In this document: piece after piece, positions 22,862 through 33,367 of the stretch
Layout of the letters: every line of letters starts with the position of its first letter
Numbering within the stretch: the stretch's first letter is position 1
Source of the DNA: Lenisia limosa
Taxonomy: Eukaryota; Protista; Breviatea
Reading direction: 5' to 3'
Length of the DNA stretch: 33,367 nucleotides
NCBI GenBank assembly: GCA_001655205.1
Contig: LPNZ01010086.1
Span: 1 to 33,367, forward strand
Notes under the pieces: model-generated
Told to the model about the DNA's origin: nothing
The model's database searches: none
The model's input: the letters and a program-made list of their open reading frames with translations, nothing else
Made by a program: the position numbers and the translations under genes

Positions 22862-25800
22862 ATGTGTTTTTTTTTTGTCTTCTTTTGTCTCCTTTTTGTT
22901 GCTCATTCGATTGCATTTTTCTGTGACTACATTCCACTCACCTCTCACTCCAGTCTGCTCGTATGTTGCTGGTTTGGCTGATTGTGCTAGGGGCACTTCA
23001 AATATGCTTTCCTTTGAGGTGAGGGGTAGAGGGCTTTGGATTGATCAGAATGAATGGGAGATTTTTTTAACTGCTACAGAACCCAATCATTATTCTTCCA
23101 AGGGGGAGGCCAACTTACTGTCCTCACCTCAGGGTCTCTCAGCTCCGAAGTAAGAGAATATTTGGCTTTTCTTCTACTTTCAAACTAACAGCACTACTCA
23201 AAGATCTATAAATGCCTCTATTTTTATGTAAAAATAAACCCTGGTAAATGACACAGAATTATAATAATGCTGCAGATGCTCAAATTTCAACAAAAATCAC
23301 TTGATGATATTCAAAGAGTACAGGTTAGTGGATCAGTGGTGTTTCTTGGAGACAAATATTATATCATATGTACATATCTGTCATGAAACATTACCTATAT
23401 TACTCAACATGGTTGTACATCGTTATAATTGACACATTTGACAATGTTCTTACAACAAGATACATACATTTGTTTTTCTTGATTTTCTGACTATGGTAGG
23501 AAGACCTTGAAATGTATTCAGCAAGTGAGTGGGGGGGGTTTCACGCTCTTAAATAAATGAAGTTCCTATGATCTAATAAGCTACGAGTAAAGAACAATAT
23601 ACCTCAGCCCGCCATACATGGTAGTACATCATATACTATAGTAATATATCATAAAAAGTATCAATACTATATTGGTATCATTACATTCTAATTCCCCACG
23701 TCAGATCACCTTTGCGAGCTATACGCCCCTCCAGCAGACCCCGTGATAAACATCACCCTCTCTGACTTCTTGCGTGCAACCTCCTCACAAAACTACTCAA
23801 TGAATGTTCATTTGGAGGTAAAGCTGAAATGGGTTTAGAAATGGGTTTGTTGAAACTGTCTCACGACCAAGGGAGACTGTTCCCCCATGGACCTTCCTTT
23901 TGTGGACAGAGTTTTGACCTGCGACCCTTCAGTTGGATGGTCTCACGAGGCCAAATGCAAGGCTGGTTGGTTGGGACGGTTACTTCGAAGCGTAAATGTA
24001 GAAGCACCATCTTAACCTCCTTTCACATCTTAAGATTGCGAAAAATGCATCGCGCCAGACGTTTACCGTTCTGTTGTGTGTGATGTTGGAGTTAGCAGTG
24101 ACGAGTGTCAACCCTGCAGCGTAATTAATCGAAGTGATTTCACTGGACATAACTGCGGTCGTTGCTTAGTAAGTGTCAATTAAATGCTAATAAGAGCATT
24201 TTCAACTTATTCAATTTAATCCTTCTTAGGACACTTTTTTCCACCTGGAAGAATCTGGAGATGACTACATCACAAACTGCACTGGTTTGCTAAACTAACA
24301 CCCTCAAAATGAAACATTACGGGAATGATATGTCATCTAGAATCATAACTCCACAGCATGTAACTTATGTGACCGTTCATTTGAGTTCCTTGAGAGTGCC
24401 TGTCTCCCCGACACGGATACAATTTGTTCGACGTGTTCAACTGTGTTTAGACAGGATTTGGCCGGAAATAAATGTTTGTCCTAAACTTGTCTGACAATAA
24501 GGATAATACTAATTATAACTTCTTCTTTTTAATTTGATTCACTGTTGTGTGCATCTATGAAGGGATGATCATGTTGATAGAACTCCTCATTCCACGGCCA
24601 TATCTCATTTCTCCAGGCGGGATCTGTTTTGGCGGCTATTTCCACCCCACTCTCAATACTAACAATGAAATTGAAACTTGTCTTGGTAAGTAAATGTCAG
24701 CAACGGTTCATCATGACTCCTTCAGAGTGTAACCATTGTGCCTTGTTCTCGGAATACCTTAAGGCGGACTGCACTCTTTCGGAGAACACCATCTGCGAGC
24801 AGTGTTCCGTGCTTCATCGTGAAGGCTTGTCTGGGTCGTCATGTGGGACATGCTCCTCCAGCTACTTCCACACGACTGAGGGTTTGGGTCCTTCACGAGA
24901 GGCATGCCTCTGTAGGTGGTGTATCTTGTGGCTACCTACAAAGAAAAAAGAATTCTTAAAACAATATTTGAAATACTATAATACATCATTTTATCTTTCT
25001 GACTCTGATGAAGCTTTCGCTAACGTTCAAGCATGTAACCTCTGCAATACCATGTCAGTGTACCTCCACACGGCCTGCACTGCTACGACCGACACTATCT
25101 GTGATGATTGCAGCGCTTTGCACCGAGACAACCGAGCCGGTGATACCTGTGGAGAATGCTCCAGTGGCTTTTTTCACGTGACTCAGCATGGAGGAGACAA
25201 CATCTCAGTTTGCAATGGTATGTACAACGAGGCGATGTGTCACATATATAGCATGCAACACATGTTCTCTCGCTTCGGAATACCTCAAAACGCCCTGCTC
25301 CAATATTGACACAGTAAGATTGTCCAATTCATTTGACCAGATGCTTTGTTTGACCATCAAGGAATGTGACTCATGCGTATCTTTGGCCAGAAATGACCTT
25401 GTGGGTGATAAATGCGGAAGCTGTTTAGCAACAAAGTTCCATACTGAGCAGGGCTATGGGCCTTCTATTCTCAGCTGCAGCGGTATGAATTAGAGTATTT
25501 TGTGAAAGTTGGAAAAAATCCTTCCGTTTCTTTTTGCAGAAACTTATCATTTGTAATATCAAATCAGTGAAAATGGTGACATCATTTAATTTTTTAGATT
25601 GCAGTACCTGCTTGACTTCAGAATTTGTTAACACTACTTGTTTTGAAGTGAGTACTTTTCACAGAAATTTCTGATAGACATTTAGATTCAGGATACCATT
25701 TGCAGCTCTTGTTCCTCGAGGAATCGCGAGTCCAATAATGGAATTGTATGTGGAAGTTGTTCTACTAATCACTACCAAACTTCAACTGGCCACCTAAACT

Positions 25801-28486
25801 CGAATGAGATGTGTATTGGTAAGATGGTAGAAAATGGCAAGTTATTCCTGCAAAGGCCTGTTTTACTTGGACTCTCTTCTTCATTCGTCTGCTACCTGTT
25901 TACTTGGACTCTCTTCTTCATTCGTCTGCTACCTGCTTTATCTTTCAGCTTGTAACACCTGCTCTGTTTCAGACTATGTATCAACTCCTTGTACTAATGT
26001 GGGCTTTGGGAAGGCTTACCATGAAGGATAACTTCTTTCATGAAAAGTCTTGAATGCGTGATAGGGGGGGGGGNNNNNNNNNNNNNNNNNNNNNNNNNNN
26101 NNNNNNNNNNNNNNNNNNNNNNNNNNNNNNNNNNNNNNNNNNNNNNNNNNNNNNNNNNNNNNNNNNNNNNNNNNNNTAGCATTCTGCACGTCTTGCAGCG
26201 ATAGTTTCAACCGGTTCGGCCATGACGGTGTCATTTGTGGTCATTGTCGGCCCGGCTTCTACCGTGATAATGGCGATATCAACATCAACGACCTGTGTAC
26301 CGGTATGCATCCTTGGATGTGCTGACTGAATTACAAATGTAGCATGCACTCTATCATGTATTGACGCACATTATCTGACTCATTCTTGTTCAAAGACTGC
26401 TAATATTGCGTGTGCATCGTGCTCGCTTCTTAAGAGGGCAAATGAACCCGGTGGGTAGACAGAAATATAATGTTCAACTACTTCATTTAAAGGGGAAATA
26501 AAATATCACGTTCAGGCAACTTGTGCTCCACCTGTCTTGACGGGTTTTGGGCCTCAGACGGCGCCTCGAGCGGTATTTCCCAATGTTCTGGTTAGGGGAT
26601 GGCGGCGGGCAAATAGACTTAACATCTTTTTAATTGTATCAAGTGGCTTACCATAGCAGAGTGCACCCCATGTCCAACAACTAAATTTGTGGTGTCTTCT
26701 TGTAGGAAAACACAAAACACTGTGAGAATGGTATAAAGCCTTTGATGTCTACAATCCTAACTCTCTGGCACCTCCTGAATCTGTGACATAAGACGGATTT
26801 AGGAGGGCCTACCTGGGTTATTATGCAGGGCTATTGTCCTTATTCATGAATCTAATCCTTGTAGGTATGCTGGGGAGGCACGCAGAAAGCTGTGTGCACA
26901 GAGTTGTAAGGAAAATTTGGGTGAATTAATATTATACTATCATCCAATATCTCTTATTAGCGTGATGATGTGGACACCTTTGGCCAGATACATCTTCGGC
27001 CAAATAATTCTCATTGCTATATATAATTGCTTTCATCTTGGCTTGACAGATTTTTTTAAAAACAATCTTTATGAAGCTGTAGTATCGATACCTTTAACAT
27101 GATATATTTATGATATTATTTTATCCTGAAACCTTATTCACGAAATATATAGATACTTGAACTTTGCTCTTCACAACTTCGTTTGGATGCAGCTGGCGAC
27201 TCCTGTGGTAATTGTTTGTCCGGACACTTCAATATCGTATCAGGAGACTCGGATGCGCATAGCCTTTGTACTGGTATGATAGTTGTCTCCTTGTACCTTA
27301 TCTTGATTCAGCCTGCTCCAGTTGTGATGCCAGTGAGTACCATCAATCAGCCTGTTCCCTGCGGCAGAATACTGTGTGTGCTGAGTGCTCCACAGTACTC
27401 AATAGAGAAAGTCATAATACGGTGGGATGAATCTGATAACAGCAATACAATGCATTTTTCAATGTGGACAAAGACATGGATATGCGACTTTAGTCCTCAA
27501 TATATCATTATATTTATGTTTCAGCTCACATGTGGAACTTGTAAGTCCAATTTCTACCGACAGTCTGATGGAAATAGTATTGGCGTAACCACCAAGTGTA
27601 TCGGTCTGTAGGGTTGTGAGTAATGTGTGTCAAGAAAATTGACCTTTAGTTTATTATTATATTTAGGAACCGTAATGTAGATCTCCTTTTCACCCAGTAC
27701 CCAGAGATTCACTCACCTTTCAGCGTGTGGTTCAGCAAGCTGCGCTTCTACGCATTTTGTTGAGTCCGAGTGCAGCAAAACTGCTGATCGTGTCTGTTCG
27801 GATTGTTCATCGATTCACCGCAATTCCAATGATGGAAGCGTTTGTGGAACATGTCAATCCACCTACTACCATTCATCAACCGGCAACAGCGCTGGAACAG
27901 ATCCGTGTATTGGTATGAGAGGGGCGACAAGACGAAAGATAATTTGGCTTTCTTTTTCAGAACTTACGAACTTATCCTCTCAGACTGCACCAAAGTCACT
28001 TCAGGTGAATACCTTATTACCCCTTGCTCGCTGACACAGAACACTGTTTACGAAAATTGCTTTGACATCCACCGAGAAGCTCAGAGCGGAGACATTTGTG
28101 GAACCTGTCTCACTAATTACTATCACAGCACTGATGGTAATGAACTTGGTGTCGCAGTATGCTCAGGTTTGTGAAGGAATATATACTAAGAGCGAAATGA
28201 TATAATATAATATACTATCATAAATATATGTCCAAAGCAACTTCAGTAGTTCTACGATTTAATAATTGTACAGTGTTGACGTGAGACTGACACCGTAGCA
28301 TGCCAAAAAGCAACCAGGGCAACATACATCAAATCGGCCTGTACCAAGACAATTGACGCTGTTTTGGGCTCATGCTCATCCCTGAACAGACATGATGCTG
28401 ACGGGGCTAAGTGTGGTATGTGCTTGGATGACTACACCGCAAATAAGGACTATTATGCTGGAGTCACCGAGTGTACTTTTATTTAG
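22862..28486 (+). CDS. Large putative secreted protein with about 13 TNFR-like/furin-like Cys-rich repeats
   Basis: About 13 repeats of roughly 55-60 aa from 24036 to 28486, consensus C-x2-C-x3-4-EY-x4-C-x4-(D/N)T-x-C-x2-C-x3-HR-x4-G-x2-CG-x-C-x4-(F/Y)H-x10-12-C. Each ends at a phase-1 intron. Stop TAG at 28484-28486, with no C-terminal hydrophobic anchor. The hydrophobic N-terminus near ATG 22862 and exons 22862-23970 are less certain. Confidence 0.8.
25857..25935. repeat. About 37-bp tandem duplication at an intron 3' end
   Basis: cctgttt(t)acttggactctcttcttcattcgtctgcta occurs twice plus cctg, just before the acceptor at 25948. Confidence 0.93.
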
Positions 28487-28628
28487 TTGACCATCTATTG
28501 TTGTATTTTTTTTTTATTGTAATAATTTACTTTTACCTTCCACGGTATCAATTCACAAACACTGTGATATTATTAAATAGTGAGATCTACTTAGAGAAGA
28601 AAAAGGCATCCATTAGCCAATAAATAGA

Positions 28629-30606
28629 TTACAGATCAAGAGAAGAGATTTCGTCGGAGCGGTAGAGACCAAGATGTGGTAAAGGGAAGCGCTTCATCAT
28701 AATCTTCGTATCATTCCTGTGGGGATTGTGAGGGAATAGCAATTACCAGAAAGAGGCCGGCTAGGGATGAAGTTCAAAGGACAGAGGAAATAGTTGTGGT
28801 TAAAGCGAGATGTGCATCGAACTTTTTGGGTTCGAGTCGTTTGACAAAAAAAAAAAAAAAAAAGTGATCTCTCATTTTTCTTTTTTGGGTTACCTCAAAC
28901 AATTTCCTTCTTCTATCCTTTGCTCTGAATTGATTGTTATTGAAAGATACAATCATTTGAAAAGAGGAAAGAGAAAGAGATGCATTAAACATCGAGAAAT
29001 CAGTAATTTGCCCCATCAAAGGAAGAAAGTATCCAAGTTCACCCAATCTTCTCTGAAGTGCTCTCCTTCCCGGGATGCAAGTTTTATTCAGTTGAACAGT
29101 TTTTTTACGGGTAGAGAGGTTATTGGCGCTATCTCCAAACGGTGCACATCTCGCTTTAACAAGGCTTATAACAGGAATACATAGTGAGTCACTTCTCAAA
29201 TAAAGTAAAAATCCAGGCCACCTACTTTGCGTCTTTAGTGAGAAAAAGGTACTTATTGGAGACGGTCAAGTCCTCTCGCGGTGTTTGCGTCATTTGTAAT
29301 GAGTCCCAAAACACAACTTCAGAGGTCTGAGGAATGAGCAGAAATTAAAGACACAGCGACAAGAGGACAACGGCCGATGTCGTTGCTTTCATGAAACACC
29401 AGGAATACACACGAGTGCAATGGGTGGAAAATGGTATGAGAAAAAAAACTAAGTCAACTAAACATTTGACACAAGAAAACAAACAAACAACAGTAGAGGA
29501 GGTAAAGTAACATCTGAGATAGAAATCCAACTGAATGCTGAAAGTAAAAACATTATTATCATCCCCCTTTCTGATCTTCTTNNNNNNNNNNNNNNNNNNN
29601 NNNNNNNNNNNNNNNNNNNNNNNNNNNNNNNNNNNNNNNNNNNNNNNNNNNNNNNNNNNNNNNNNNNNNNNNNNNNNNNNNNNNNNNNNNNNNNCATATA
29701 AAGAAATTTTGAAATAAATAATAAAATAACATAATTAGGCTAGTCGATTATTACTGGATATGTTGTGGCTGAATAATGATGTAACAGTTCTGACACTCCC
29801 CAAAGAACAAAAAGTTGTTGTGTGTAATGGAAGCCTACCATTCCGTTCTTGGTTTCATATTCCGAAGAGAGGGTATAAAACACACCTTTGCTGTTCCAAG
29901 TCAGCTCAGTGTCTTCTGAAAATAATATCAAGAGCTGGTTGTAGAGGGCAACATTGATAGACAAGGAGGGGGGTGGGAAGTAAAATTGGAAAACTAATGA
30001 AAAAAAAAAGAAGAAAAAAAAAANNNNNNNNNNNNNNNNNNNNNNNNNNNNNNNNNNNNNNNNNNNNNNNNNNNNNNNNNNNNNNNNNNNNNNNNNNNNN
30101 NNNNNNNNNNNNNNNNNNNNNNNNNNNNNNNNNNNNNNNNNNNNNNNNNNNNNNNNNNNNNNNNNNNNNNNNNACTCCAGCGTACCTGTAGTTGGAAAAA
30201 ACCTATCTAGACACAATTACCACCGCAGACAAATAAACAGCAGGGATATACAATAAAAACACGGAAGGAAAACAAAACTTAAATAATATCACCAATATAT
30301 GCTACTCAATCCGTGTGAAACAATTATCCAATCAATAGCTCATCATTATCCAGTCCACAATCTCAAATGAGACCTCCTCAAACCTGCCTTGATTTTAAAC
30401 TGATAGTTTTGCTTGGTGATCTTGCCGTAGTTCTTCGTGGTGTGGCGAATGAGTTCCATCTCTGCAGAAGGGGTGCGCTGTTCAAAGAGCGCTGAAAGCA
30501 CCGAAAACGAAGAAACTATGAATAGACATAGGATAAACTGGCAGAAAACTGCATTAGCTCTGAATGCAACGGAGTGCATTTTGGCGGAATACAAATAGGG
30601 GGTCAC
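28629..30606 (-). CDS. Hypothetical type II membrane protein, multi-exon (two N gaps)
   Basis: First exon MHSVAFRANAVFCQFILCLFIVSSFSVLSALFEQRTPS has a short N-tail, one hydrophobic helix and a stem. Downstream candidate exons: NDIGRCPLVA|TSEVVFWDSLQ..NK|WPGFLLYL and SFWNDTKIMMKRFPLPHLGLY..DL*. Full frame continuity is not established. Confidence 0.45.
28804..29155. mobile_element. Non-autonomous DNA transposon with TTAA target-site duplication (Kolobok-like termini), 352 bp
   Basis: TTAA (28800-28803), then AGCGAGATGTGCA ... TGCACATCTCGCT, then TTAA (29156-29159). The 13-bp TIR is perfect (18-bp inverted match including flanks). It appears to lie in an intron of the minus-strand gene. Confidence 0.7.
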
Positions 30607-30895
30607 TCACTGTATCCACTACAATCAAGACTAATATATTCGAATTGCTTTAGCAAGTTTTTTTTTTTCTGGCGGTGTTCTGGGTTTACTGGGTCCCCAA
30701 AACTTTTTGCAAGCCGGATTTTTCATCCTGTCTCAATGTCTGACTCACTAACTCTATTTGTTTAAACGTGTAACCTTTTAAATCCCTTCTACGCTGTCGG
30801 GTCATACCCTCCTATCGCTATTATTTCACAAAAAAATGTATATCGCCACCTTGACCAAAAGTAAGAGATCTCAAAGAGAACGACTGCATTAGCAC

Positions 30896-31393
30896 TTAAT
30901 AGAAGTATCCGAGGATCTTGCCACCAGTGTGCTTGCGACGAGCCTCCTCGTGGTCCATGATACCGTAAGAGGTTGTGAGAACGATGTAACCGAACTGACG
31001 AGAGGGGAGGAGGTTGGTCTGCCATTGCTCAAGGTCATGGAGCTGAAGAAAGTTAACTTCTGAAACAAAACAACAAATAAGGTAAATCCCGTAAAAACAC
31101 TTACCTGGACATCAAAGCGGGGAGAGATAACACCACACTTGTTGAGGCGGCCAAGAAGGTTGACAACGATCTTGCCGGAGCGGTGGTCGTCGACGACCTC
31201 AAAGTCACCAATGTAGCCTATGATGATAAGTACCCTTTGTTAATGTATTCCAATCCCTACCGTGCTTTTGCATGACCTGGAGGAACTTGACGATGACCTT
31301 AGAAGAAGGACGAACGATGACTTGACGCTTTCCAATGCGCTCAGCGTTGATAATGCCGTTAAGGGCGTCGTTAAGAACAGACATGCGAGTCAT
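30896..31393 (-). CDS. RPS15A: 40S ribosomal protein S15a (uS8)
   Basis: [45 protein letters not shown]|[37 protein letters not shown]|[48 protein letters not shown]. Introns at 31260-31218 and 31104-about 31045. Confidence 0.99.
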
Positions 31394-31406
31394 TTTGGCT
31401 GTGTTT

Positions 31407-31460
31407 CTAAGACGTGAGCAGGGGTCAAAAATAACGCATACAATCACAAAAAAGGCTTAC
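31407..31460 (-). other. Probable 5'-UTR intron of RPS15A
   Basis: On the minus strand, gtaagc...ttag (54 nt) ends 13 nt upstream of the start codon. Confidence 0.6.
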
Positions 31461-31612
31461 CAAGATTATTGAAGTGCACTAGCAGAAAGAGGCTGCAAAA
31501 TTGAAAAAAAATTGATAAAAGGTAACTGGGTGACCTAAGTTCAGTTCAATTTGATCATTAGATCAAACTATTTTTCTTCAAATTTCGTTTGGAAAACATC
31601 CTTTTACTTAAA

Positions 31613-32526
31613 ATGCTCTGGTTCCTTACATTAACACAGAACTGTAATCTTAAATGCTCCTATTGTGGAAGTGACGAGACTTTTGAAGGTGACATTGAGG
31701 ATATTTCGCCTCATCCTCGCGATTTAACATTTGCCACGGAGCTATATCAAAAACTTAACACCGATGAAGATCCTATTATATGCTTTTATGGAGGAGAGCC
31801 TCTTCTCAAGGTTTGCGGAGACCGCCTCCAAGCCTTTCTTATTAATTTTTAGATCAGAATCATTGAAAAGGTTGTTTCTATGGTTCCCCACGCCAAAGTA
31901 AGCCATCCCTTCTTTAAATTTACAGATTAGTTTGTGATCCAGACCAATGGAACACTGCTCCCCAACGTTTCCGATGATCTTCTTACTAAGATTGACACCA
32001 TTTTAATTTCCCTTGATGGTGACGAAGAAGCCACGGACCGGTGGGAAGAGGGATACAACTGGCAGTCAATGCATATTTCGGGTGTCTTCTTACATCACAG
32101 TTCTCGTGGAGAAGGTACCTACGATCAGGTCATCGATGCCACCCGTGATGCTCGTGAAAGGGGCTTCACTGTAAGTGGCTTCCAAGATAAATTTAGTCTG
32201 GCTTTTTGGCTTATCTATTTCTCACAAATTTTCTTTTCCGATGTGGTCTTACTCTAAAACGTCTTTCACATGTTCTATCCTTTTATTTGTATTTACTATT
32301 TATTGGACTAGTTTGTGCTACCTGAATTGAAACTACGTCAACACTATAGGGAGACTTTGTTGCCCGTATGACAGTCAGCAACGGTTCCAACATTTACGAT
32401 GATGTCATGCATCTCATCGACTTGGACCGTACAGAAACCGAGCCCCCCCTCTTTGACCATGTGCACTGGCAAATGGATGTCTTGTGGGACAGCCCCAAGT
32501 TCGCTCGTTGGGATAACTTCCTTAAG
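31613..32526 (+). CDS. Radical SAM enzyme resembling the AF0577 (TIGR04084) family, intron-containing, 3' partial
   Basis: [19 protein letters not shown] contains the CxxxCxxC motif at 31643-31666. Further motifs: [52 protein letters not shown] and FDHVHWQMD. At least four GT-AG introns. No confident exon after 32526. Family assignment is from recalled motif similarity, not a search. Confidence 0.9.
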
Positions 32527-33367
32527 GTAGGCCAGGTCAATAAATATTTGCATATATTGGATATTTATGAATATTCATATTCATAAATATGATACATATC
32601 GTAATAAAGCAATTATTCTTAATGTAAGTTATCATACTGGCTAAAGTCTTTGTTAAATTTTAGTAAAAACTAGGTAAAAGATTACGTAACCAAAACGGTT
32701 TGTTCGGATATATACATGATAATGTTTTGGGTTGGCACCCTGCTTTAACAAAATTATATCATGATTTATTTTTAAGGAGAGATTGATTATTATTTATAAA
32801 ATTGATGTTTTTTTTCTCTCTAATTGTAAATGTTGGATTTCCTTTGGTAAAGTTAACAGAAGAACGAAGGGAGTACCAAAAGATGTACATTATAAATGCT
32901 GATAGGTGGAACCGTTAAACTCATCATTCTGGCGTTTTTACTACACTGTCCCAAAATTGAGTCAGATAAACTGAAAACTATACGAACAAATCCAAGAAAG
33001 GTAATAGAAACAAAAAATCAAATGATGTTTAAATTCCATAAATTAAGTCCTGTAGCCATTTGCTGTATGATTTTAATATGCATTCAGTAATTTTTTCCTG
33101 TCAGTTTACAACGTATTTTGTCATAATTGGTGTTTTTTTTTAGACGTTTCCTATTGTATTCATAATATGTTATCTATTACTATATCGATATATGTGTGCT
33201 TAGCACTTCTGATTTATTCCAAATCATATATTTTATCATATTTATACATATATTTATCATGTGTCAAATAGAAATCATTTTTGAAATAAAATCTCTATTG
33301 ACCGACTCAGCAATTTACTTTCAAATTGTTGTTTGTGCCTCTTTTTTACCAAAGTGTCTCACTTTTT

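Noticed and set aside
26722-27152. Possible extra or degenerate exons in the long intron within Cys-rich repeat 9
   Set aside because: No frame with the repeat consensus could be built, and direct splicing completes the repeat.
28774-29199. ORFs 28774..29199 (-) and 28810..29184 (+)
   Set aside because: Both run through the TTAA-flanked element and a poly-A/T tract, with no transposase or other motif. Likely chance open frames.
5761-30173. Poly-G/C and poly-A/T runs next to N blocks
   Set aside because: The gaps sit at homopolymers, which points to sequencing or assembly dropout rather than biology. X-containing ORF-track entries across them are unreliable.
32527-33367. Further radical SAM exons, and ORF 32896..33090
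   Set aside because: The sequence is AT-rich with no recognisable family motif. Candidate mini-exons could not be placed in frame with confidence.

Overview
Gene-dense, intron-rich eukaryotic genomic DNA, probably from a unicellular protist. It has many 30-130 nt GT-AG introns, genes mostly on alternating strands, and several N gaps; it is not prokaryotic, and there is no CRISPR array, rRNA or tRNA. I assembled about 13 spliced genes by hand: a Gly/Met-rich RanBP2-type zinc-finger protein (5' partial), a CPA1/NHE8-like Na+/H+ exchanger, a secreted Sushi + RCC1-like repeat protein, a Pro/Gln/Ser-rich protein, a small ORF, NAD kinase, a triple UBA/CUE-like protein with HPF decapeptide repeats, a Cys-rich + tRNA-binding (EMAP II/Arc1-like) protein, a hypothetical protein, a large secreted protein with about 13 TNFR-like Cys-rich repeats, a putative type II membrane protein, RPS15A, and an intron-containing radical SAM enzyme resembling the mostly archaeal AF0577 family (3' partial). 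Intronic non-autonomous DNA transposons of two kinds are present: two Harbinger/Tourist-like MITE copies and one TTAA-flanked Kolobok-like element. Several short tandem duplications also occur. The most notable items are the radical SAM gene head-to-head with RPS15A, a frame-breaking UGA-containing Cys-rich exon in the tRNA-binding gene, the two element families, and the two unusual extracellular proteins. All exon structures are manual predictions with no database or RNA support.
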